NCBI RefSeq assembly: GCF_036321535.1
Contig: NC_087437.1
Coordinates: 35,466,001-35,530,000, forward strand
Source of the DNA: Camelus dromedarius
Lineage: Eukaryota
Length of the DNA: 64,000 nt
Direction of reading: 5' to 3'
The position numbers and the translations under genes are program-made. Of this stretch, positions 49,900 through 60,429 are shown one piece after another; position 1 is the first letter of the stretch; the number at the start of each line of letters is the position of its first letter. The notes under the pieces were generated by a model. The model was not told the origin of the DNA, did not search any database, and saw only the letters and a list, made by a program, of their open reading frames with translations.

Positions 49900-51540
49900 A
49901 CTCATCTTAATTTTACGACACTAGATCAGATCGTCTGAAATTGCATTCACATTGGACAATACAATATCCGAAATACACCAGGGAACAGTAAAAGAAACTA
50001 CAGGTCAAATTATTCTTGAAAAGAATCCCCTACATAAAAGGGATGGTAATAAACTGCAATGTGTAGAAAAATGCCTTCCTAAAACTAACTAGTGGTAAAA
50101 CCTAGCCTTAAATGTCATGCAAATATATGGCATGATTTCTAGATACCCTATACCACAATGAAGTATTTTTCTGGTCTTGCTAAAATTTGAAGTTGATTTT
50201 AGATAAGTGAGAAAATAAAGCATCCACAGTTGATTTAAAAAAAAAATAGAAATCAGGAGTTTGAGATTGGCAGATACTAACTACTACATATATAATAGAT
50301 AACAAGTTCCTTATGTATAGCATAGGGAACTATATTCAATATCTTACAGTAACCTATAATGAAAAAGAATATATGTATGTACATGTCTGACTGAAACATT
50401 ATTTTGTACACCAGAAATTTACACAACATTGTAAACTGACTATACTTCAATTTAAAAAAAAGAGAAATAAGCCTCAAAAACAAGCTACATTGAATAGGCT
50501 GACCCAGAAGGTGCACAAAGGAAATTAATCTTTTTGTTAAATTGTATCAACACAGCAATTCATTAGGAAGAATGCAATCCTGAAAAAATGCATTTTTAAG
50601 CATATTGTTTGTTTGCTTGGTTGTTTGTCGTGTTTTAAAGGTTTTTATTTTTTAATGTACCAATTATTAAGAATATCCGTATCTGCTACTTAAAATTTGT
50701 TTTACTGTCCTATGTGAATCCAACGTCAGACCATCTAATACCAGATCTACTGTTGTAAAAGTAAGATGAATGAGTACTTGTTTTAAAGAATGCCAGGCAA
50801 ATCAGTTGAGCCTAAGGAAAAAAAAATCCTATTTTCTGAAACCAAACCAAATATTTCTTGGACATATTTGTAGATGAGTTGTGTTTCTCTCTTCCCATTT
50901 AAGCTAAATGGTCATCCATGTGTGAGGAAATCAATTTGAAGGCTAACTGAATGCTCTGGCCCGTCATTCCAAGTATCTCCTGCATCATCTGGACTTTTAA
51001 ATTTATTCCATCACACATGGATGCCTGGGCTTTCCAAATAAAGTTGGCAAGAGGCAATTCTTTTATGTTTGTGTTAATCTCAACTCACTGAAAGGCAAGT
51101 GCTTTTGTCAGAATGTTACTGCACTTGCACACTTCTGATTTCAGCAATTCCTTACTCTCAAGTACTAGTCCTGATACTTTCTTAACAGGTAACAGTTACT
51201 GTTCTTAAAGGAGTGGAATAGGCAAATGAATTATGAATTGATTAATTCATAAATCACTAATGAGTTAATAATCAGATTACACTAGTGAGAAAAGTAAGGC
51301 TTTGGCATGTTCACAGATAAATAACATCAGAAATATTATGTCTGAAGAGTTACCCTTCCCTCTGCCCCGTCACACACACACACCTGGAATACTAACATTA
51401 GATGACTTGAAAGAAATCCGATTTTTTTTTTAAACTATCTAAGTGGGATTATAATAAAGATGATCAAATTTGCTGGCACCAATTGGCAAATTATGTTTGG
51501 AAAAATACCTGTAGAATTAACACAAGCTCATGTTACCACA
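49900..51540 (+). mobile_element. Decayed Gypsy pol fossil O (RT, RNase H), plus strand, split by an L1 tail
   Basis: HKRDGNKLQCVE (50033-50068, cf. KKDG..RLCVD); FLDTLYHNEVFF; CYLKFVLL..DHL; FLGHI (50854-50868); GLLNLFHHTWMPGLSK (50991-51038, cf. GLLNYYR.FIPGFS); QLTERQV; MFTDK. Confidence 0.72.
50250..50462 (+). mobile_element. L1 3' end, artiodactyl type
   Basis: caggagtttgagattggcagatactaactact...gtatagcatagggaactatattcaatatctt...acaacattgtaaactgactatacttcaatttaaaaaaa. Confidence 0.9.
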
Positions 51541-51544
51541 ATAC

Positions 51545-51920
51545 ATTTTTTTGCAAAAAAGGGTTAAGAGTGCTTAACATGAGATTTACTCTCAACAAAC
51601 TTTGAAGGAGATATACAATACATTATCACTGACCGTAGGTACAAAGTTATACAGCAGAGCCCTAGGGCTTACTCATCCTGCTGCACTGAAACTTCATGCC
51701 TGTTGATTGGTAACTCCCTCCTTCCCCTTACCCCTAGCCCCTTGCAACCTCCATTCCATTCTTTGATTCTGTGAATCTGACTATTTTAGATACCTCACAT
51801 AATTGGAATAAGACAGTGTCTTTCTGTGACTGGCTTATGTCACATAGCATAATATCCCCCAGGTTCATTCAAAATGGGGTATATACATAAAATGGAATAG
51901 TATTCAGCCTTAAAAAGGGC
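51545..51920 (-). mobile_element. L1MA 3' fragment
   Basis: cttaacatgagatttactctcaacaaac...gactattttagatacctcacataattggaat. Confidence 0.8.
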
Positions 51921-52222
51921 TGGAAAGTTCAGCTTCTTTATATAAAAATATTTATTTACACAGTATATTTTTATTTGTATCTGTTGTGCCCTTTATTAGA
52001 AGTAAAGGCTGTGAGCAGAGCATGTATTTCCACCCCACATACTGAACTGAATGGACCCACCTCAGTGTACGTGCCATTTTCACCTTGTAATTGTATTGAG
52101 TCATGAAAGTGAGCTGAATAGTTGCTATTTTAAACATAGAGGAAATGCACATTTCTCATAATAAAATTTCCATCTTGGCATATCATAGAATATTCTTATG
52201 AAGTAGAAGTATTAAAAATACA

Positions 52223-52450
52223 TAGTCAAGTACACAAAAAAATTCTTAACTTTAAATAAACCCTATGTCTTAAAAAATCATCTATAGTGGTTTTCAACTA
52301 CTGAATGTTAAAACAGATATATTGATGCAAAAACAGGATATAAAAATAGACTGTATAAAATCAAATTTGTAGTAAGAAACATATCAGTCAGCTTATGTTA
52401 TTGTCTAACTGACCTTATGTTAAATTGGTTTTAAGAAAATAATTTTGATG
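52223..52450 (+). repeat. Source copy of a ~230-bp dispersed duplication
   Basis: Near-identical to 53770-54001. Confidence 0.95.
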
Positions 52451-53019
52451 CAGTGTTTGAATTGCATGAAATGATAATTATCCTTGATTTTTAAAAAATC
52501 CAATTCATCATTATAAATTTGTCTTCACAAATGAGTCAAACCCTTTCAACATTTTGCCCTAAAAGTTGCCTTTATTCTGTAGAAATTAGTGACTGTTCTC
52601 AAAACATTTTGATCCTAACAGTATTTCTTTTTACAAGGAGTTTTCTCAAAATATTGTAGGAAGGTCAATTATGATGAATTTCTATTTGTAGCATCAATAA
52701 AAACATACTATTCCATTGGTACACATTTTGTACCCTGGAGTTCTGTACTATATTTTGTTTCAATGATTTCTGTTTTTAAAAAACATTTTTCTAAGAGCTT
52801 CAAGAGATAATGTAAAAATAACACCTATGGTTTATAACACTAAAAAATGAAAAGATAAAGGATATGGACTCAATGTATTAAATTTTACTCTTAATATATA
52901 GGTAATTAAAGCATGTTTCCTATCATGAAGCTAAGAGGCAACACTTTTATAGTGTTAGAATTTTGGTGATAGAATGAAGTAGGGAGAGGAGTTAAAGGAA
53001 GGTAGGAGTAATTGCTCTT

Positions 53020-54300
53020 TTTATTTTGAAATTTTTAAAAAATATGATGTTTATATTTTGAAAATCTCAAACTTACAGGAAAGTTGCAAGTAAAATTAAG
53101 GGGACTTAATTTTCATGCAAGTAAAAGACTTTTTTTCTTCTAAACCATTTGAGACTAAGTTGCTGACCTTATTATGTCCCATCATTTCCATATGTTGTAG
53201 TGTGTGTTTCCTACAAAGACATTCTCCCACACACTGCAATAAAGCCACCAAAATCAGGGTAACAGTGTTGATACCTGATGCCACCTAATTGTCAGACCCT
53301 GTTCAAGTTTCACTAATCATCCCCACTGTATCTTCTGAAACAAAATGATGCAGTCCACACTTTGTATTTGGTTGTCTCCTCTGTGGAACAGTCTCTCAAC
53401 CTTTGACTTTCATGACCTCGATACTTCGGAAGCGTACAGCCAGTTACGTTGTAGAATGTCCTGCAAATTTGAGTTTGCTGATTTTCCCTAATAATTAAAG
53501 TCAGGTTATGCGTTTTGGCAGGGGCATTTTAGAAGCAATACCATATTCTTCTCACTCCATCAGTCGTGGTGCATAATTTCCACTTGTCCCATCACTGACG
53601 ACATTCACTTTGATCATTTGATCTCTGTGCTGTTTGCCAGGCTTCTCCTCTGTAAAGTCACACCTTTCCCTCTTTATAATGAATATGTATTTCATAAGGA
53701 GGTGCTTTGAAAGTATATAAATACCCTATGTGTCATCAAATTCAATTGATTCATTTATTCATGAATCACTAGTCAAGTATACAAAAAAATTCTTAACTTT
53801 AAATAAACCCTATGTCTTAAAAAATCATATATAGTGGTGTTCAACTACTGAATGTTAAAATAGATATATTGATGCAAAAACAGGATATAAAAATAGACTG
53901 TATAAAAAAGTCAAATTTGTAGTAAGAAACATATCAGTCAGCTTATGTTATATTGTCTAACTGACCTTAGTTAAATTGGTTTTAAGAAAATAATCTTGAT
54001 GAATGATTTCCTATTTTATCCAATGGCTTATAGTCTGTTATTATAATTTATTTTTAAACAAAAATTGACCTAATTTGACCAGTATACACACACACACACT
54101 CACATATTCATACCTATATTTCTATCTCTCTCTATATGTATATTTCTATACTTAAAAAGTCATATTTCCATCAGTATATCCAATGCAATTTAACACTCCA
54201 GAGTTCATTCTCAGTTTCTCCTTTTCCATATTTATAATCTTTTTCCAACGAGAAACTTGCTCCCGTTAAGTTTAATACATCAAGTTCAACCTTGTATGTG
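53020..54300 (-). mobile_element. L1MC-type 3' region
   Basis: ttttgaaaatctcaaacttacaggaaagttgcaa...aaaccatttgagactaagttgctgac...tttgccaggcttctcctctgtaaagtcac. Confidence 0.8.
53770..54001 (+). repeat. Inserted copy of 52223-52450 inside the L1MC element
   Basis: tagtcaagta.acaaaaaaattcttaactttaaataaaccctatgtc...ttggttttaagaaaataat.ttgatg. Confidence 0.95.
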
Positions 54301-54849
54301 TCCCATCTCCTACCAGTCTCACGTGAACAAAACCCCTCCCCACCCACACTGACTCCATGGATGCCCCTTGGTGGAGACTGGCTCCAACTAGCTTGGACTC
54401 TGGCACGCACTACCAGTTCCCAGCTCCCACTTTAATTGAATGTCTTCCTCACACTCTTTTGGTTCTGACACTTCATGTCACTGACTTGTGTGGATACCCT
54501 CCTCAGCTTGCTCATGCACTGAAACCCAGTGCTGGGTTGCCCACCAATACAGAAGCCTTCCTTTGCTTTCTTGGCTCTCACAGTCTCCACTTCAAGCCTC
54601 CAGCTGTGTAGATTCTCTGCTCATACCCCTGGGTTCTTAACCCTGCTCCAAGTCACTCTGCCACCTCCCTCTTTCTTCATTCTGTGTAGATATATACTTG
54701 GTTTGGCTTCATCATATTGGGCTGGCCTTTGATTGTTTATAAAGGGGAGGAAGAGGAGGAGGAGAAGATTTGCATTTCTTTTTAAAATTTCTTCTGTGTG
54801 TGAAGTGTATTTCACTTCCCAAGTGGAAGCCACAGAATATTTTCAATAA

Positions 54850-57100
54850 ATTAAGCAGCAGAACATTTTACTAAGCACCTGCAAATCAGTGTTTTTAATG
54901 TAGTCAGTAAAGCATTTGGGAAGAAACAAAACTGAAACACTTCCCATAGATTGAGTCACCAATTTTTGCCCTGAAAATGATGTTACAAGTATTATATAAT
55001 TGACATTAAGTACAAACTTGATGTTTGACTTTAATCTTGCTTTGGATCTTGAGCAATTTCTAAACTGTTCTAATGCCAAGTTATACATTTCAACAAAGGT
55101 ACTAAGAGGGAAATTTGAAGAAAAGAATTTTTCAAAGTAGTTAAAATGAATAACATTATACTTTGTACCTTTATATCTGACCAGGACTATAATAGAATAT
55201 ATAGCCCTTAGCCATAACTGGAAACTTGAATTTGTTCATTCAACTTGATATTAAAATAAAAAAAGAAAATTAAAGTCCTTTTTTAAAAAAAGAGTTAAAG
55301 ATATTAAAGAAAAAGTAACTAAAACAAAATTTTAAAAACTTGACAATAAAACCAATGTCCACATCACACTAGCAAGTTTTAACAAGTGTTAGATCAATCT
55401 CAATTGAAAATCTCATTACTAGTCATTATTCATGCACATACTTCTAGTAATTTGATCATGGCTGTTGTTTCACGTATCCAAAATTTAAAGTAAAATGAAG
55501 GCCAGAGTCAACTTTATTGGCAGCAAAACTGGGAGTTACCTTGGCAACTTTTGCCAAGTGATAGATGTGGCTGATCTTAAGAAGTATTTGTAATTTCCTT
55601 CTGGGGTCCCCTATGTTTTCATATTCATCTCCTCTATGTCTAAAAGCATATTGAAAAAAAATTGTTTTCATTTTTGTTAGTATAAAAATAATAGGAACAG
55701 ATTATCACTTTCAGATTTTATTGTACTCCAGTTAATAGTAAAATGTCATTTTTTTTTCATTTCTTTCATTAATTATAAATTCCAAGATCTGTTCATTTGC
55801 TAGCACATTTCTGTTTGTTCTTATGATAGGCAATTATCTGCGTTATATAATTGGAGATTCTGGTTGCTCTGGCAACAAAATGCTTACTTTAAATATAGAA
55901 ACTCATTTATTTTCTGTCACTTCATTCTTTACTGTTAAGGCAACAAGCTGTTTTCTGTTAAATAAAAAATGAAGAGATACTGTTATAATGGGTGAATTGT
56001 CAAGATTTGCTCTTTGTTTCAATTTAAGCTAAGGGGAGAAGGAATGGCCAGTTCTCTTGGAAATTAAAAGACTTTTGTATAAAGGTAAACTCTGTTCTAG
56101 AGAAGTAAAGAGAGTGAGAAACTGAATTCCGTGATTACGAAACACTTGGAAATGTGATCAGTGCCATCTATTAAACTTATTTTTAACAAAGTGGAGCTTT
56201 AAAAATGTAGAGAATTGACCTAAAGGGGGCTTTGTTGGTGCTTTCGCGAAGAAAGTAGTTATTCTTTCCAGGAATATCCCACTTCTGAAAGCATAGTTTT
56301 CCAATTGTTTAAAACATAATCTCATACAAACAGATAACCAACATGGGTTAAAGTTTTATTAACTCCTGAATGAGGTAACATATAGAATGATAAGATAATG
56401 ATGTGAAGAGGCTATGAGGAACTGGAATTTATAATCAGTGAGGCCAAGGATGATGAAATAGGTGTATATCCTATAGGACAATGCATCCATAAACTTTGAC
56501 ATTATTTTCTCTACCAGGCAAGGGAAAAAGATCACCGTTCATCAATTTCATATAAACTAACCCCTGTCTTTATTGGGCTGTAAAATGCTTAGGCCTGAAT
56601 CACTTATGGATAGTAAGTCACACAAAGTTACATTTCCTCAAGAGTAAAAATAATTAGTAAGGTGGCATTATTAGTAGGTGCTATATCATAGTATTGAAAA
56701 ATCCTCATCCTCATCATTCTACCTTATTTCCAACTTTTGGATAACTTTTCCTGCCACATTCTATCTACCCCTTAATACTTTTAAATACAAAATATGGTTG
56801 AATGTGTTACATGGGGAAATAGTGATTATAAAAATAAAAGTAATGCTGAGGTCCTTAGATGTGTTGGAGGATCATCAGATATTGGAGAAAAATCACATTT
56901 TTATGTCATAAAATGGACAGACTCTTCCATATCTTCAATTTCTAAGGCTGCTTCTTCAGAGCTTCTTATAGTAGATTGGTTTGCTTTGGTTACTGTAAAA
57001 ATCAAAGAATTTGAGTATAACATCTAGGAGAGATGTTAGCAAACATACATTGACTTTTGCTGCAATCAAGAAAACTGAGATCCAGGAATTTACAAATTGT
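54850..57100 (-). mobile_element. Decayed Gypsy pol fossil L (RT, RNase H, integrase)
   Basis: NSWISVFLIAAKVN; YLKVLRGR*NVAGKVIQK; IIFTLEEM; DSGLSILQPNK (~56570-56605, cf. AGL.L.P.K); KEQILTI..FYLTE; LQILLKISHIYHLAKVAK..GYVKQ (ORF 55456-55671); SGQKLVTQSMGSVSV (ORF 54843-55088, cf. KL.P.W.GPY.V). Confidence 0.7.
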
Positions 57101-57949
57101 CTATCTTATGGCAAATTAGTGACTAACTGATTATTTCCTAATAACTAGCAATACATATTTCTCCTATTAACTCAGCAACTTGAATACCATAAATAAAAGG
57201 CCTAGAGCACTTAATTATTGCCTGGGAAAAAGGAAAGATGGATCTCCTAGTGAACTAACAGGTCTTTGAGCATAATGAACTTTGAACTATAGAGTTCAAA
57301 GCCAGCCAACTTCTTAAAATGGAAAAGAAAGAAAAATACAAAGAGAATTAAATGCAAATAATAACTCAGTAGATTATCCTTCCATAAGAACTTAAAAAAT
57401 ATGATACAGGAAATCTTTTATAACTAGGAATTGTAAGTGTAAAATGTTGATGTTGCTGTAACAAAAAGACATCACAGATGAGTTTTTTTAAAATAAGATA
57501 AATTAGTAATACCCAAATAACTCAGAAATGAGGTTCTACTACTGTCAAACTAACATTTTACATGGAGGAAAACTGAAGTACGTAACTTCCTTCTGACTGC
57601 TGTATCTCTATGGTTTTACCACATTTATTTTATTCATTGGGTATGATTTTATCTTGACCCCAATAAAATGGTAAAGAGTGATTGTGACTTAATGTTACTG
57701 ATTTATGCCTTCTGGGTCTGATCACTGTCTCAGAAAAATCAGAGTATTTCTGTGCTTGAGAGGTGGGAAGAAAACCCAAATCACCTTAAGATTTACGGAA
57801 AAATTGTATTCCGTTTATCCTGATTAGACAGACTTTCCAGTTTACCAAGAGAATCTCTCAAAGGCTCTTCCTGCAACACCAACTTGTTGGATTTCAGTTC
57901 TGTTCTTCAGAATTTCATGCAAATATGGCAGAATAGACTCCTCTGGCTT

Positions 57950-58450
57950 TGTCATTACCTCTCTTCCCATCTTTTACCTAATGCAGGAAGCCAAGATTTA
58001 TTTGACCTGTTTCCTTTATCTTTCTCAGGGCTACCTGCAAAACCATCTTGTTTTATTGCTTTATGCACCTCACTTTTCTTTTGTAATCAGTCTGTACATA
58101 AATTCCTTTTCAAAACCAGTTTACATGACAATTTAAAATTTCTTACAGCATGAAAACTAGGTGACAAAGGGCTTAATGCCATACGTTCATGTTCTTCACA
58201 GTTTCTGTGTGTAAACACCATGAGGAATGAACCAGTTGTCAACCCATGTGTTACAAATCAGTTCAGCAGTGCCTCTCTGTTGCAATAGCTATATTTATAA
58301 TATATTTTTGGAAATATTTTAGCAGTATTATTGCTGGAGAACTGGGGGACATTGTGTTTGTTTGTGAAATCATTTTGTGCAAGCAACGAGGCTCCTCTGT
58401 ACTGAAAATACTTAGTTTCTCTAAATATCTGGCACAATGTCCATGTCATG
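57950..58450 (-). mobile_element. Gypsy integrase core fragment N
   Basis: TKY..NDFTNK...TAKIF (ORF 58258-58449); LLN*FVTHGL; SPSFHA..N. Confidence 0.5.
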
Positions 58451-58599
58451 ATTTGTGTTTAATAAACTCTCAGACAAGTTCTAATTATAGAGGAATTAGG
58501 GAATTGATCTGCACCAACTCACATTTAGACCTATGCTAAGCTCTTCAGTTTCTTAATCAGAATCAGGCCTTTTATTTTAACTGAGTTTATTAGGTAGCT

Positions 58600-59030
58600 T
58601 GCTTTTCAGCCTCACCTTCCAATTTCTCCTTTAAGGAGTTTTGCTTACTCTGTACTACTTCCAAAAAACTAGTTCTTGGAGTTTTTGACTCCTCTTCCTT
58701 TGCACGTGCTTTTTATTCATCTTTTCCTTCATTTCTGTTTTTTGAAATCTTACCCACCCTTTGTGATTCAATTAGTTCTGCCTCCGTGAGGCATTTCAGT
58801 ATCTCTGCTGGGATGTGAGCTTTGTTCCTTTGAATTCCTGCAGCATTTTCATTTCTCTTTTATGTTCCTACTTGATTTGAAGTTATTTGAATATAAGTAG
58901 TATCTCCCTTATTAGATTCTAAATCATCTTGGTAGACAAGAGGCTCAATTGTGTATTTTGGTACACATCCTTTTCCAATCCTATGACTGTAATAGTCACT
59001 CAATATTTATTTGTTGAATGAGCTGTAAAG
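58600..59030 (+). mobile_element. L2 3' fragment
   Basis: cctttgcacgtgct...gaaatcttacccaccctt...ttagattctaaatc...cactcaatatttatttgttgaatga. Confidence 0.65.
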
Positions 59031-59312
59031 AATACCTATAGTTACTATTTTCAAGGTTATTCATAGTCTAACAGTAGACCAAACACAGAATCAAAACAAA
59101 GATGAATAGAAATGTGTTCAAGACTAACCATTACAAAATAGGTTTCTCCTCTTTCTCATTGCAGCTGATTTTCCCACTTACATATATTCTCTTGACCCTG
59201 ACTTTTTAAACACATTCTTATCTTTAGTCAAGAAGTGCCTAAATCAAAGGCAAAGAGTCAGTGTCTTGGTATCAGAATCAATTAGGACTTTTCTAATAGT
59301 CTCCTACATCAG

Positions 59313-59384
59313 TCTGCCTAATTAATAAGGGTACAGGTGCACAGACAGCTAGCTAGATAAGAGCAGAGAAAGTGGGGCTCAAGC
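59313..59384 (+). repeat. Left arm of a 72-bp inverted repeat (partner 60332-60403)
   Basis: Reverse complement matches 60332-60403 at 68 of 72 positions by manual alignment. Confidence 0.95.
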
Positions 59385-59772
59385 TACTTACTGCACATCT
59401 GTATCCTCACTCCTGCTTTTTTTGACCTTTGATTGCTATTACCCCTTCCCTCCTTGATGGACATTATTAACCTTCCTCTCCTTCTTGACAGTAGAAAGTT
59501 TTGAGCACCTCCTGTCCTTTCCCATGACTTCTTTCAGGACATGTCTTTCCCCCAGCCTCATAGTACATACTCTTCTTTACCTGACAAGCCATGTATTGCA
59601 ACCTCAGCTTTAAATTTACCCGTGGATGAGGGTGAGAACCTGAGAAGAGTGAAAAAGATCAGTCAGTCAGAAAAAATGGGAATTGTGCCCAAAAGCAGAT
59701 TTTATAGGTGATGTCATTGAGTCTCAAAGAAGTCAGTAACTTGCCACATGGTATTTAAGTAGCAGAACCATG

Positions 59773-60375
59773 TGTTGAATCCCCTGTGCTACTGGAGGGG
59801 TAGATTCTTATCTCATCACAGAAGGAATTCAGAGATGAGACACAGAGGTCAAGAAAGCAAAGCAAGAATTTATTAAGTAATAGTATGCTCTTACGGGGAG
59901 AATGACTCAGGTGAGCAGACTTTGATGAGCAGCTGCCCTGAGTTTCTATGGCAAGCTTGATATGGGGTGTAAAAATGAAGAGGCAGAATATGCACTGGGG
60001 ACTAAGGGGTTTTGGGTTATATTTTCTGATTTTCATTCCAGCTCCCCTTTGCCAAAGGGAGGAGGGAGCTTTGTCCTTATTTAGTGTTGATCAAAACTCA
60101 TGGCGCTGGTGCATAATGGGTACCTCCCATCTGCAAGACTATTTTATTGTAATGAGGGCATAATAAGCAAAAGTTACATTTGTATGCCAGAAATTCCCAG
60201 CTTTCTTTGTCTGCCTCCAAGACCCCTGTCACTCAAGATACATGGCTTCCTGTCAGTCTGGAGGTTCCTGCTTCTTTTTGTCTTCCCAAGGACTTCTGCT
60301 GTTCACGAGCTGTATGATTTCCTGCCATGTGGCCTGAGCCCCACTTTCTCTGCTCATATCTAGCTAGCTAGCTGT
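59773..60375 (-). mobile_element. Solo ERV1-type LTR
   Basis: tgttgaatcc...gattcttatctcatcacagaaggaattcagagatgagacacagag...aagaatttattaag; ends ctgctcatatctagcta; layout similar to the LTR at 300-896. Confidence 0.75.
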
Positions 60376-60403
60376 GCACCTGTACCCTTATTAATTAGGC
60401 AGA
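60332..60403 (-). repeat. Right arm of the 72-bp inverted repeat
   Basis: gcctgagccccactttctctgctcatatctagctagctagctgtgcacctgtacccttattaattaggcaga. Confidence 0.95.
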
Positions 60404-60429
60404 GAAAATTAAAAAAAAAATCCTTTAGC

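Noticed and set aside
59313..60403. DNA transposon with 72-bp terminal inverted repeats
   Set aside because: One arm is continuous with an LTR end, there is no TSD and no transposase remnant; better explained as a rearrangement scar.
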